Source: the human T2T-CHM13v2.0 reference genome, Homo sapiens | Reading direction: 5' to 3' (one strand) | DNA: 64,000 nucleotides | Assembly: GCF_009914755.1 (NCBI RefSeq) | Contig: NC_060929.1 | Shown: positions 14,737 to 29,449 of the stretch, in pieces | How the letters are laid out: the number at the start of each line of letters is the position of its first letter | How positions within the stretch are numbered: the first letter of the stretch is position 1 | The notes under the pieces: generated by a model | What the model was told of the DNA's origin: nothing | The model's input: only the letters and a program-made list of their open reading frames with translations | The model's database searches: none | Made by a program: the position numbers and the translations under genes

Positions 14737-15859
14737 TGTGAACCTAGGTAAAAGGTATTTAAAAAGATAACTTAAATTTTAAGCTAACTGAATTGCTATT
14801 TCAGTTAAGACTTCTGTCATATTTCTATTTACATATGAACCGAGAATTCCCAGAATTTATTTGTGAGGGAGATAATTGCAGTACAGGAAAGGAACAGCGA
14901 TGTATATGAACAAAAATACCCAAATGCTATTTTTGATATACCCCATGACAAATTATCTTGTCTCTTTCCATTTGATAAGAAATGCTGAAAATTTTCCACA
15001 TACTGAGAAAAAAGGAAATGAACCAGTACACTTCAAAAAGTTTTGCTTAAAATTTCATTGCTATCAACTGAAATGTTACATTCACAGGATGGTAACACAG
15101 GAGGATCCTGTCATGTGACATTTAAATAAATAAGTTATAAGAGAAGAAATATAGCTTTATATTATTTCTAAATATATTCATGGTTATTTCTTCTTCTTGT
15201 CACCTCAGCCCTAAGGTGGTAACTATTTTTGCTTTTGCTAGTCTCCAGGTGCCATGTTGTTTACTTTGCTACTGTCTGTCTATAGAAAGGAGCTCCATTA
15301 AATTTTCTTTAAAATCCCACCAGAATGTCTTCTGTTTCCTGCTAGGATTCTGACATAAATCTTACAATTTTGAAATTACATTTAAAAAAAGATGTTTACT
15401 GACCACTGGAAGATCTAGGGATGAGACTAAGAGTATTTACTGGAAAGAGAATGCTGGAACAAAGCAGAAACAGACTGTGCCTATTGTCATGGCTTAAACA
15501 GCTTACCAATTCACTTTCCCTATGACACAGCTCTTTGCAAATGTAAAACCGTCTTTCTGATCTACTTTTAACTTCCAGAGAGAGTAACAGTACATTTCTT
15601 ACCTTAGGTTAACATAAAGTATATGTCAATTTAAAAGAAAAGGTTCTGAAATGTTAACACAGTCCCATCATAACCTAAAAAACAGGTTAATTATCTCTAT
15701 AAAGTATTATAAGACAATCAGTTTGTTCTAAGTTTAATTCACTTCCAATTGATTATTAAATACATGATTTTTTTCATCTTCTAATAGATGGCTGTATCCC
15801 AAACCAAACAAATGCAGCCTATCACAGTTTCTGAATCATCTCAAAGATGAATGGATGAG

Positions 15860-16860
15860 ATTTAAGACTTTTTATACAAATAAAGTAAATAAGACAAGCC
15901 AATTGGCATAAGGACAGACAAATACATCACTGTAATTGAACAAGGAGTACAGAATTACATCCACACATGTAAAGTCAATACGTTTACAATGAAGATATCA
16001 ACACAATGAGGAAAGAGGTGGTCTTTTCAATAAATAATGTTGGACAATTAGATAACTGTATTAGGGGAAAAAATGAACCTTAACTACCTACCTCACATCT
16101 TACACAAAAATTAATTCCAGATAAATCATAAACTTAAATGTGAAAGATAAAAAACAATGATTCTGGAAGAAAACATAGGAAAAGATCTTTCAAATCTTAG
16201 GCTAAGCAAAGATTTCTTAAATAAGACACAAAAAAAAACACTATCCTTAAAAGAAAAAAAAATTAACAATAGGGCTTTATCAAAGTAAAAATGTGTATTC
16301 ATGAAAGACACCATTAAGAAAGTGAAAACATAGGACACGCATTGGGAGAAGATATCTGTAATACATATATCTAACAAAGGACTCAGACCCAGTGTATGCA
16401 AGGAACTTCTAAAAATCAAAAAGAAAAGGACAAAAACCCAATTCAAAAAATGGGGGGAAATTTCTACACAGCACTTCATAAAAGAGAATATCCAATGGTC
16501 AATAAGCACGTGAAAATGTGCTCAACATCATTATTCCACAGGGCAATGCAAATAAAACCACGATGACTTAGAATTACACACTACTGAACAGGCTAAAATT
16601 AAAAACCAAAGACAACACCAAGTGTTGGTGAAGACAGGCAGCAACTGGAACTCTCATACATTGTGGGAGGATAAAATGTTGCAACCACCTAGGAAAACTG
16701 AGTTTCTTCTAAAGCTGAGCACAAATTTACCCTAAAGGTTTGGCAATTCTAATTTTATATTCCAGTGAAATTAGTCTATGACTATAAAAATATGTGTACA
16801 AAAATGTTCATAGATATTTTATAGTCATAATAGCCACTAAATGGAAACAGTAAAGGTATC
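15860..16860 (+). mobile_element. Old L1 (L1M) ORF2 end / 3' fragment
   Basis: Degenerate L1 motifs (cctacctcacatcttacacaaaaattaattcc; aaaatgtgctcaacatc). Confidence 0.8.
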
Positions 16861-19267
16861 AAGAAGTTTTACCATGCGTATACTCTGTTCTGGTCCTGTA
16901 GCCACTTCTATTGTTACCAAGTTTCATGTCGCTCCAGGTCAGTGCTTTTCAAACCATCTGTGGTGAAACACTAGTGGCACCCTACTGCCCTCCAATCTGC
17001 CACATAAGACCTCCTGATGCCTTTACTTTCCATGTCATCCTCACTACACTCTCTCCTCTGCCAGGACTCCATGGCAAACTTTTACTTCCTAATCAATTTT
17101 CAATTCATGAAGCCTTGTGTCGTTTCAAGTTGGGAATATAGAACCTGTTTGTCTACCCATCCATTTGCCTGCCTATCATTCTAGCTCTGCATTAATCGTC
17201 CTCAACTCTTAAAAAAAAAAAGAAACCAAAATCATTTTTTCTTTGTGTCCTCTATTTTCATCTCTATACTACAATGATAACGCATTCTTTCAAGTCTAAG
17301 GGACAGAAACCTGTCCCTTCTCAGTTTAGATGAAATCAATATATAGACTATACATACTGTAAAATTAATAATATACTACATATAACCTCCTGTTATAGTT
17401 TTCCCTTAATAGTTTTTGGAACTATCAATGTCACAAATCGTCTAAGCAATCTAAAGGAAAATCTAGAAATATCCCATACTAGCCAGTTGGGAGGATGGTA
17501 TCTGTAGGAAGACGAGGTTTATAAAAGGAAGATAAAAATTGTGTATTTCCTCCCTTTTAGAGACCAGTAAAGGTTGCAAAAACTCCTGAAGGACCTTAAA
17601 AAGAAAAGGGGAGGAGCTTTTTCAGGCCCATAAAAGCCCACAGAAGGAAAAGACCAAACTCTCACACCTTAGAGGAAGTACAGGCCCCAAAACACAGAGG
17701 GATGTGGGTAACCAGAACTGGTAGAAAACAAACCAGCCATTGGAAAAAAAATGTGAGTCTGCATAATCCACAGTAGCTTCCGTATTTTGCTTTTATATTT
17801 AAAAACCTCTTGGTTCCAAGTTCCTACCATCTCTTGTCTTCCTCCCCCTACCCATTTACCTCCTGGAGAGACCAGAAAATTTTTCTATCTAATGTAAGAT
17901 GAAGTCTTCAGTATATTAAGTTAACGTGCCATTAGGACACTGTTGGTTTTCCTATTTATAATAAATATACCAAAACTTCTCAGAAAAGGTCTATTTACTG
18001 AAATTAACTTCTCTGCTTTGAAATCTTTAACTTTTGAATAATTGAAAGTAGATCGAAATAGAGAAATTTGCTCTCCTCAGAGTAAACCTATAGTACAAAG
18101 GGACAAGGAGAAAAGGAAAGCACTACAAAAATCTTTGGAGACTGAGCTCTTTAAGGTTTTTGGTTTGTTTTTTTCTCATCAAAGTAGTGGGAGAAGACTA
18201 ACATATATCTATGTTAGGGAGAGGGACATAAACATCATTGGGAGAAGACATAAAAACCATCTATTTCCTACAGATTTTCATATTTCACAAATGCTTTCAC
18301 AAGTGTATTATTTTCATTTTTATATGGGTGAGTTGTCTTGGCTCAACAACAGAACTAAGACTTAAAGGTGTAGTTATTTGACATAGTCACCTTGAAACTT
18401 TAATTTAGACTATCCCTAGCATATTTTTATCTTACAAATGATTTACTTGACAGAGTGGACACCATGAGACTGCCTCTGGGCATTATCTTCCACTTAGTGG
18501 CTAAGGTCTAGACTATTTAGCCTACCCTCTACAACCTGGCAGAACATAATACAGCTTCTTCTCTCACTACTTTCCTTTCTATACCCATGGCCATATCCCC
18601 AACCATTCTCTATACCTTGGTTTACATCATTTTCCCCTAAATGGTATATCCTTCCACCTGATTAAGCCTTACCCATCTTTCAAAATCAAGCTCTAGCATC
18701 TCAATGAAGCAAGTGTTCCATGATCTCTGAATCTAAAGTGATCTTGACCTCTCCTAATCTTCTTTGTGCCTACTGTAGAACTTCCATGCTTTACCCTTTT
18801 TAATAGTTTTTTGCCTGTTCATCCATATAACCTTGAATTTGCTCATTCAGTTACTGAGCTCTTAAACCCTTATATATACTAGATGATACTAATACAAAGT
18901 TAAATAAAATGAAATCCCTGTCCTCACGGAGCTTATGGTATAAATGAGAGGAAAAGAGGAGGAAATCAGCATTTATACAGTTTAGAGTGGTGTTTTAACA
19001 GATGTATGCAAAGAGTACTATCAAAACAGATGTGTAGAGACCCAGATTCACCTGGAAAAGGAGGAAAAGCACTGATTGTAGATGAGGTAGAACCTTGAAC
19101 TTTATTCCATTGCCACTGCCTTAGCTCACACTCACCTTCTATCTGACCTTGCCTCCTCTGTCTCTAATATGGTCCCTGTCCTCACTGCAGTCACAGAGGT
19201 CACACTAAAACACAAATCTTATCAAAATATTCACTTAACTCGAAATACATCTTTTGCCATTCCTGAT

Positions 19268-19945
<678 letters not shown>

Positions 19946-21259
19946 TAATGATATCTAAATACCTCTGCCAGTATACAAGGCTTTATAAGATATGGTTTTT
20001 ATCAATCTCTCCATCTTTTTCTCTTGGCATTCTCAATTCAAAACATAACCACAGTTCTTCAACCATCCCATGCAGTGTGCTCACACCTTTTCATTGATAT
20101 TTTTGCCTGGAATGAACTTTATTGCTATTTCTCCAGCCCCTCATCATATTTCAAAACTCTGGCTAGGTGTAATTTCCTGCAGAGTGTCTTCTAACCACTC
20201 CAACCTGGAATAACTTAAAATTTTAAGAATGAGTTGGAGTTACAAGATTAGATTTCTATTCTATAAAGTGTATTGTGCACCAATATGGAATAGAGATTGG
20301 GGTAGAGACAGGAATACCTGTACCAGTCAGCTAGGAAGCTACTGTATAATTAAAGCAAGAAATGAGGAAATTCTGAGCCAAAGCAGTGTCAGTATAAATG
20401 GATAGATACATTATATAAGAACTGTAACTGACTAGATGTGTGGAGTAAACACAAAGAAGAATCTGGGATCACTTCTGTCTGAAGCTCTGGCTTAGGGAGA
20501 AAGATGACAATATTAAGCAGGTTCTATTCTTCATGGATGAACTCGGCATGTAAAAAGTAGGTGAAGTTAAGGCAATGGAAGAAGGATCAGATGGAAAGTG
20601 TACACAGTAGGAAGTGCAGTGAACATATCCTTATCTTTCAACGTTCACATTAATGAGTTCATTCATCCATGAATCCTTTCTGACCACATCCCCAATCTCA
20701 GGGAGAATTGTGCACACCCTCATTGGTACATTCACAGTAATATGTATCAACCTTTATCATAAAATCTGAAACACTCTATTGAATATATTAGTTTATATGT
20801 CTCTCTCCCAAATATATTGTAAATCTTTAGGGACATGAGAATAGCCAGAGAAACAGGAAAAAAGCCAGAAGAGGTTCTGGTAATAGAAGTCTGGGAAATA
20901 CAGAGTTCTTAGAAGTACACAGAGAGGCTAAGTGATATAAGAACCATAATGTAGCTAGTGGTTTTGGCAACAGTATACAGTATAGTTACAGTATAGCAGG
21001 GCAGTTGGCAACCAGACTGAAATGACACAAGGAATGAATGGAAATTCAGAAAGTGGATTTAGAAACTTGGGCTTAGCTATAAAGGCAAGGAGCTACAAGA
21101 TAGTTGCTAGAGACAGATATAAGGTTCATTCATTGATCTAAAAAATGTTACTGAGTAACTGCTATGTGCCAGTTACAACGTTGGAGACAGGATAATAAAC
21201 AAGATGTAGATTCTCTTGACCTTCATTGAGTTTACATTCTAGTGGGGTTAAAAGTTTTG

Positions 21260-21745
21260 ACAGTCATGTTCATAGCCACATCACCCACAACAGCCAAATG
21301 ATGGAAGCAACTCAAGTGTCCATCAATGGCTGAATGGATAAACAAAATACGGTGTATATATTCACACACCTTTAAAGGGAAGGAGATTCTAACACACGTT
21401 ACCACATGGATGAATCTTGAGGACATTAAGCTTAGTGAAATGAACCTGTCACAAAAAGATAAATACTGTAAGATTCCACCTATATGAGGTAGTCAGAGTA
21501 GTCAAATACATACAGACAGAAAGAATAATGATGGTTGCATAGAACAGGGGGTGAGGAGGAGAGAATGTAAGAGTTATTATTTAACTGGTCAAGAGTTTCA
21601 GTTATACAAAATGAAAAGAGTTCTTGGGATGGATGGTGGTAATAGTTGTAAAACAAATGTGAATGTACTTAAAGCCACTGAACTGCACACTTAAAAATGG
21701 TTAAGATGGTAAATTTCATGTTATGTGTGATTTACTACAATTAAA
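21260..21745 (+). mobile_element. L1MB-like 3' end
   Basis: atggatgaatcttgaggacatt... cacttaaaaatggttaagatggtaaattt. Confidence 0.8.
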
Positions 21746-22079
21746 ACAATTTTTTTTTTGAACAAGATTGTTTTGCTTTCGACAAGGGAGTAACCCAAAA
21801 AGTTTAATGCTAATGGAAGGGCTTCTAGAAAGACCACTGAAAACAAAGGAGAAAAAACTTATGGTATGATGTCCTGAGATGGCAGCAGGGGATGACATCC
21901 AATTCACAAATAGAGGGATTCGTCCTGTGATCTCTTCCAATAAAGATATTATAGTGAATATAACCATGGAAGAAAATTATTTCTTTCTGAAATGCCACTA
22001 AACATTCCCATATAGGCTTCTGACTAGAATGCAGAAAGCTGGAGTAACTCCCACTCTACCTCTGAGAAAAAGTGGGACA

Positions 22080-23400
22080 AAATGCCAATTTTCTCCAAAT
22101 TGATCTATAGATTCAATGCAGTGCCAATCAGGAACCCTCAAGCTCTTTTGCAGAAACTGACAGGCTGATTCTAAAATTGATATGGAAAGCTAAAGGACTC
22201 AGAATAATTACAACAACTTTGAGAAATGAATATAGTTGAAGAATTTCACATTATTTGGTTTCAGGACTTTCTATACTACTATGGTAATCAAGACTGTGTT
22301 ATAATGGCAAAATGACAGCCTTAAATCTATCGAACAGAATAGTGACAGAAATAGCCACTCAGTTATAGTAAACTGATTTTCAACAAAGGTGCCAAGGTAA
22401 TTCAATGAAGAAAGGATAATCTTTTCAACAAATGCTGTAACAATTAAACATCCTTTGAAAAAAGATGAACCTCAACTCATACCTCAAATGATATGTAAAA
22501 ATTAATTCATGATGGCTCACAGATCTAAATGTACAACTTAAAACTATACAACTTCTCGAAGACAACAACAAAAATCTTTGTGAGCTTAGGTTGGGTAATG
22601 GCTTCCCAGACAGCAAAGAAAAAGCAGCTATGCATAAAGAAAAAATTAAAATTTTTATTCCTTAAAGAACTGCTAAAAAAAGAGAAATAACACTGGGATA
22701 AAATATCTGCAATACATACATATGATAAATAACTTTTTCTAGAATTTATAAAGAACTCTCGAAGCTTAACAAGAAAGCAAACAACCCAATTTAAAACCTG
22801 GAAATACACTTCACTAAAGAGATATGATTAGCAAATAAACACATGAAAAAATGCTCAACATCAATAGATAATAAAAAATGTAAATTAAAACTACCATAAG
22901 ATATGACTACACACTAACAACAACAAAAATAAAACAAAACCTAACAATGCTAGGTACTACCAAGGATGCTCTTACTGGTGATAATAGAAAATGATGTAAA
23001 CATGTTGGAAAACAGTTTGGCAATTTCTTATAAAGTTAAACATCAATTTACCATATGGTCCAGCAATACCAATCTTAGATACTAACCCAAAAGAAAGTAT
23101 GTACACCTAAAAACCTGTAAGTGTATGTTTTTAGAAGTTTTATTCATATCAGCCAAAACCTGAAAACAAATGTTCATCAACTGGTGAATGGATAAACAAA
23201 TTACAGTAGATCCACATACTGGAATACTATTAAGGATTGATAAGGAACAAACTATAAATAGACCTAACAATATGAATAAATCTCAAAATCATTATGCTAA
23301 GTGAAATAAGCCAGACACAAATGGCTATATATTTTATATTTCTGTTTATATGACATCTGGAAAAGCCAAAAGTATAGGAAGAGGAAATAATTTTAAAAAA
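22080..23400 (+). mobile_element. Old L1M (MC/MD-like) fragment
   Basis: gatctatagattcaatgca, ttttcaacaaaggtgccaag and other ORF2 3' motifs. Confidence 0.8.
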
Positions 23401-23424
23401 TTAAAAATTTTAAAAACAATTGCC

Positions 23425-23611
23425 AACGCAATTGCACTGCATAAGAATGTTTTGGTCAAGGATGGACTGCCTATTGGTCCCGTAAGATGATAGCAGAGCA
23501 TATATAGAACCTGATATAGGTCATTTGATATTAGCACTGCAGATCAAGTAGGAGAAATAAATGATACCCAATAATGTGCAGGGACATTTGGTTCTCTATA
23601 TGAAGAAAAAA

Positions 23612-23663
<52 letters not shown>

Positions 23664-23765
23664 CATCTAGGTTCATGTAGGTAGAGTCTGTATTCGTGCA
23701 ATGCTGAAACTGCCTAACAAAGCATTTCTCAGAATTTATTCCATTGCTAAGTGACTCACGACTAC
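23425..23765. mobile_element. Tigger3-like DNA transposon fragment containing (CA)20
   Basis: gcataagaatgttttggtcaaggatggactgc resembles the Tigger3 terminus. Confidence 0.55.
23621..23660. repeat. (CA)20 microsatellite preceded by short (AT)n
   Basis: Directly visible. Confidence 0.98.
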
Positions 23766-26165
23766 AGCTGCAAATAGTTATGCAGTATTTTACTATGATA
23801 ATCCTCACAGTACTTCATGAAGTAGGTATTAGTTTTATATCCATTTTACAGGTAGGAAAATGGAGGTTCAGAGATTGTCCAATTTACTCAAGGTAATAAA
23901 GTGAGTACATGCACTGACACTTTTAACTTGGTGTCTCTTACTTCAAATTTCACGCTTTTCCCCCCTGCTATACCAGTAAGTCAATTACTTGTTATCCTTA
24001 GCTTTTATAATACTTGGTTCAGGCCTCTGTTACACAAATTATAAAGTGATTTTTGTAATCAATAATTTAGATTATAAATGAGGAATGGAAAGAGTTTATT
24101 AATTTTTTATGTTTACATTGTTTAACATAATGTTCAGAACACAGTGGACACTCAACTATTTGTGAATGAATAAAGAATTACCTGCATTTCCTGAAAGGAG
24201 AATTAAAAATTATAGCAAATATTCCAGAGGTAAATTATTTCACTTTTGAAAACATTACAGTTCACTTTCACATACATGGCACTATAAGTAAACTGTGTCT
24301 AAGAAGGTATAGACTTAAGCCTTAGTATCTATGTTTGGAAAAGGACATAATATCTATCCCTTTTTTGCAATTACGAGGATGATTAAAAGTCCTTTGTATA
24401 TGGTAATGTATAATTATCATATCTAAGTATTATCATCCATATCAGGCTGTTTAAAGTAACATAAAACCCTTTCTTTTCCCAAAATCTTCACCTACATGAA
24501 AAAATATTTTAAAATCTCTTTCCTTTCATTAATGGTGTTAATGTTTTATAGCAATGTTTATAAAGCTTCAGTGCTAAGAAGAAAATAATCAGAAGACTCA
24601 CGAATTGTATCCTTTTATAACGATATAACAGTCTAATGCAGTTCACAAACTGCTGGTTCTGGAGGTAGAGAGACAGATGACAAGGAGAAATAGAAAATGC
24701 GTAAGAAAGAAAACTCAGTTCACGAAAAGCATAGCCTTTGAAGTAGTTAAAAGTTTTACTGCTAATAATTGGTATTCATATACAAAAGTAATGTAAATGA
24801 AAGTTGTTTTTTTTTTTTCAAATCCCATACATACACTACATGGTCCCTAGAAACAACGTATTTGAAAAGTAGTTAATATGAGAAAATGGCTTGAAACTGT
24901 AATATTCGAGACAAATATAAATATCTTCTTATACTCTGATTGCTAAGTAAAGGTATCATTTACAAGGGGGATTAAGTGGTTTCTACTACATAAAGAAAGA
25001 CTGTCCTGGGACTTCTTTGGATATGCTCATATTTTCAAGAATTTCTCTTAAAATCATTACTTAATGTACTTAAACATGTAGGAATAAGAAAAAATGAAAG
25101 TGATTGATTACAACTTGTAGTTTTGCAAGAGGAATGTCAGGGTCACATTTGGTTAAGCTTTATACACTTTGTCCCCTCCATAAAAGCAAATAAAATCAAC
25201 TCATTGCTTAATTCCTTTAATAATTTTGTGTTCAATAAAGTAAGGCAGTTAGGTATTATGTCAAGATTAGGACTTAACTGTTTCACCAAGGGTTAAAAAC
25301 AAAGCCACCAATTTAAGCCCCTAAAAGGTTATAATACCCGCTGGTTCCATCTTAAAATCTGCAATTTTCAATCAACATGTTAACTTGGATCGGAATTCTG
25401 ACATTTGAATTATTCTATTTTAAGCTCCAAAAAATGGACACGCACAATTTTATGCAACGTCAAGGACCTGTAAATTTAAATACACTTCTCTGTAATCTGG
25501 TTCACTTCAGAGTACAAATTCATTGAACAAAAAAATGCCTTCATCGCCATATGCATTCACATGAAGCCACATGGGATAAATGCATTTCCACTTTAAAAAG
25601 TATCTACTTTGGTTCAGAAATGCCCATTTAAGAAAAACCTACACTGAGATAAAGTGGACATTTTTCTTTTAAAACTACGTGACAGGATTCCCTCTTGACC
25701 TCACGTTTCTCCCCGCCACGTATTTAAATTTGGGGCAAAATTTCTGATTAAATGACTGATCAAAGTAATGGGGAGAATTCTTCAACGCCGGCCAAAAGTG
25801 CTTAGTCTCAAACGCTGTGAGGGAGCATTTCCTAAGCTTTGGGCGACTCGTTAACGGAATCTTAAGGGCAAGGTCCAACCACACTCAGAATCAGCAGGAA
25901 AATGACCGTTTGGTAAAACTCAATTACACCCAGTAGGCACCTCCCCAGGCCCGAAACAGCACTCGCCCTTTCTGCTCAGCTAGCGCGGGACATCGCAACG
26001 CCCAAGGCCCTCCTATCTCAAAGGCGCTTGCGCAAAATCTCCCCACAGACTCAATTAAACCCTTCCTTAGGCCGGTCGAGGCGAATGGTTTTGAAATTAC
26101 TGTCGGGTTACGCCTCACTTTAAAAAACAGTAGGTATGACACAGCACACCAGAACGACCACTCAC

Positions 26166-26240
26166 CGAGGTGGTCCTAAATTCAAACGACAGATTTAAGC
26201 TTCCTCTCGTGATTTATCTCGCGCTGCCGGAAGCGGAACT
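26166..26240 (-). other. GIN1: GIN1 exon 1 (non-coding 5' UTR); 5' end approximate
   Basis: Minus-strand donor CG|GTGAGT (GT at 26165-26164) inside the CpG island; joins to the TAG|G acceptor at 14743 just ahead of the ATG. The TSS cannot be fixed from sequence. Confidence 0.8.
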
Positions 26241-26389
26241 ACCCGGGTCCTTTAGAGGGCAGTCCTTTGGGGAACCTTGGAACCACGGTCAGAAAGGTTA
26301 GGACTGATCATTTGGCTCTTGCCGGAAATCGTTCCGCCCGGTGAGGTTTCGGCGTGAGACCCGAGGAGGGCGGGGAAGAGGCGTGACGG

Positions 26390-26590
26390 AGATTCCTGAG
26401 GTGTAGTAGCCTGAGGTTCCCTTATGTGGCCCTATAGCTGTTACTGAAGGAAGTAGCCTACGTCCACGCCTACAACTGAAGTCTCTTGACAAACACCTCA
26501 CCCCTGCCTCCGGGATGAAAGGGGGTAACCTAGACCTGAATGGGCTTGACCATCTCACAACTGCTCGCGTGACGACCGCATTCGTGGCAG
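26390..26590 (+). other. PPIP5K2: PPIP5K2 exon 1 (non-coding; 5' end approximate)
   Basis: Strong donor CAG|GTGAGG at 26591 within the CpG island. Confidence 0.75.
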
Positions 26591-27374
26591 GTGAGGGCCC
26601 AAAACCGGAGGAGAACCGGAGATGCGGAACCTGATCATGCCAGGGTTGAGGTGGCTGCTGGGCTTCTGCTTTGTCTCCTGTGCTCTGCAGACCCTAAACA
26701 CGTGCTCCACCGAGGGGCTTGTGCTGGAGAGAATGACAGCCTGGGCGTGGAGTGACAGTACAGCTTTGAGGGTCCTTTCGCGCCTTGATTTCTCCTCCTG
26801 CTCCCCCATGGCTTCCCTTTTTCATTTCTTGGGTTCGAGACGCCAGAAATTGAAGATCAGCTAAAAGGGAACCGCTGAGCTTCTACCCCACGCTGTGCCT
26901 GGCTCCACTGAAGTGATTAGCCTCGAGTTATGGGACTGCTGTGGGTAGAGGTGGCTTTTTAAAAAATTTTCTGCCTTAGTCTTTATCCCTCTCTCTGTCA
27001 ACCCCACACCCACTTTAAAATAACAAAAGCCTCATGTGTTGCAGCTTTTCATAGTAGGGACCGAGGCTGCAGGGCACTGCCGCACCTAGTCATTTGGAGG
27101 TCGTTGCAGCCTTCTGCGCCTTGAAGAAGAAGGGGCCAGGGTGATGATCCCTGGATCTCATTCACGAGGTTCTTGACCACTTCCTGGGAGATTGCGACTC
27201 TTGGTGTCCTTTGGCTAGTAGTTGTCTTGCTGGAAGGCTTAACTGTGGAAGTGGGAAGCATAGCTGACCTTAGCACGTAAAATCCTCGCTCTACACTGGG
27301 ACAGGATTTTGTTTTGCTATTGAGAATTCTTAAATGAAATAGATAATTTTTTTGTCTCAGATAGATAAAATAAT

Positions 27375-27600
27375 AACGATAGTTGCCATTAACTGAGTCT
27401 TATGTGTGCCGAGTGCTTTACATAGTTTGTCATTTATTACTCTCAACAATTCCAGGAGGTATGTTAGATTATTATCACCATTTTACAGAGTTAGAAATGG
27501 AGGCTTTGAACAGTCAAGCAACTTGCTCTATTAAACATTTGTTATAAGTAAACGTTTGAATCTGTGTTAAAAACCAGATCTGTCTGCCTTCAAAATCTGT
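27375..27600. mobile_element. MIR
   Basis: ccatttttacagagttagaaatggaggct core; similar MIRs at about 23790-23950, 29265-29445, 31400-31550 and 41265-41470. Confidence 0.7.
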
Positions 27601-29449
27601 ATTCTATTGTCCTGTCCTGTTCTTCCTCGATTTCAATTTCTTCACTAACATTTTCAGTGTCTGAAAGTATCCATTCATTTAAAAAATTTTGGTGTACCTA
27701 CTTATATGTCTGACAAAAGTTAGACATCATCTCTGTCTTTATGGAGCATTGTGATGCAGAATTAAGTAGTGCAGAACCCAGAATACTGTACTTACTGCAG
27801 CACAGGTTTATTTAAAGCAAATGACTAAACTGATTTGCAGAAAATTTTAAAATCAAAGGTTGCTGTTTTAAATGTTAAATTCATATGACTTTCAGAGTAG
27901 TTGTTGTGAGGGTATTAAACTGAACAATTGGTAGAACATCTGTTGATTACCCAAATAAGTGCTATGAACCAAGTTAAGTAGTGGGAATATATAGATTAGG
28001 TCCTCATTCTTTAAAAGCTCCCATGCAACCACAATATAGACAATGTTATGGACTATTAATTTTCTCACGTGGAAAAGGAATTGTGGTTATGTAGGAAGGT
28101 GTTCTTATTTTTAGCAGATACATACTAACGTACTTAGAGTTGAAGTGTGTTGATATCTAGTACTTTCAAATGGTACAGCAAGTGTATGTGTGTGTATGTG
28201 TCTGTGTGTATAAATAGCAAATATGGCAAAATGTTGGCAATTGTGAGTATAATGGTGGGCATATAGATGATTAACAAACTGTTCTTTCAACTTTTCCGAA
28301 TATTTGAAATTTTTCATAATAAAAAGTTGGGGAGGAAAAAACCCAACCCTGATGGAAACAGATAAGTGAAAAGATAGATCCAAAATGCTGCGGAACATAG
28401 AAGATGGGAGAGGGTTTTTATGTGTATTTGGGGCCTAACAGAAGTGTGATAGTTCTCAGGAAAACCTTCACTGAAGACCTTTCAGTTGGTTTTTGAATGG
28501 TGGATAGGAAGTTTCAAGGAGAGCAGTGAATTCCAGGCAGAAGGAAATGCAGGTTCAGCAAAAAGATATTAAATGAACGTTTGAAGAAGGAAAAAGAAAT
28601 CAACAAGAAGGTTGTGTGGAACTTGGAATAGGCTTTTTTTGTGTAATCTTATAAATGAGCCAGGTTGCCTTTGCCAGCCTGCAGAAGCCTATTTATTCCC
28701 TATTACCTGGATGTACTATTGGTGGAAAGGAGACACCATTTATAACAGTGTTTCCATTGGAAAATGCTTTTGGAATTTCAGGAAAACTGGTTATGTGTTT
28801 GCGTTTAGGCTAAGCAGCAGGAGCAGGAGCTCCCATTTCCTCTGATTTTGAGAGCAGAGATTTACTAGTTTATAGTTGGGCTCCTGAGGGAACCCATGAA
28901 AAGGGCTACAGTGATGGCTTGGAAATATTAAGTTCAGGTAAGGGGGATCTGAATACTAGGTGGGACTGATGGATGATCCAGGGTGTTATTTTGAGGATCA
29001 GGTAGCTCTGGCCGTGACCAGTAAAGGTATGGAAGAGATGATTATCCCAGGCAGTAGTGTTCATGATAGTCTCAAGCAGTGTGGTAAGACTAGAAAAGGT
29101 GTAAAGAGGTCTCCAACAACAGCAGTGGCAAACGGGAGTTTCTGTGGCTTCATTAGACAAGAGGTAAGTAGATACATTCTAAATTGAGTTATTTATATTT
29201 GTTCCTTGCCAATTAAATTTGCTAGAAAACTGTCATAACAACATTTAACAAAATATTAAACATCTAACATTTACTGAGTGCTTAATATGTGCTATTTGCT
29301 CTGGCATCTGTATTGCAATTGTCAAAACAATATATGAGATTCATAATCCCATTTTACAGATGATGACTAGAGAGGTTCAATAACTTGACTAAGGACACAG
29401 AGCTGAGCAACTTGCAGAAAAAGTTTTCAAACCCAGTTTTGAGTCTAGA

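Larger units (their letters stand above)
25960..26900. promoter_or_regulatory. CpG island / bidirectional promoter of GIN1 and PPIP5K2
   Basis: Sharp rise in GC and CpG content; opposite-strand first-exon donors at 26165 (-) and 26591 (+); ETS/GABP-type CCGGAA cores near 26227 and 26322; TGACG half-sites; no TATA box. Confidence 0.9.

Noticed and set aside
25675-27276. ORFs of 69-86 aa around the CpG island
   Set aside because: Mostly GTG/TTG starts, no motifs, expected by chance in GC-rich DNA.
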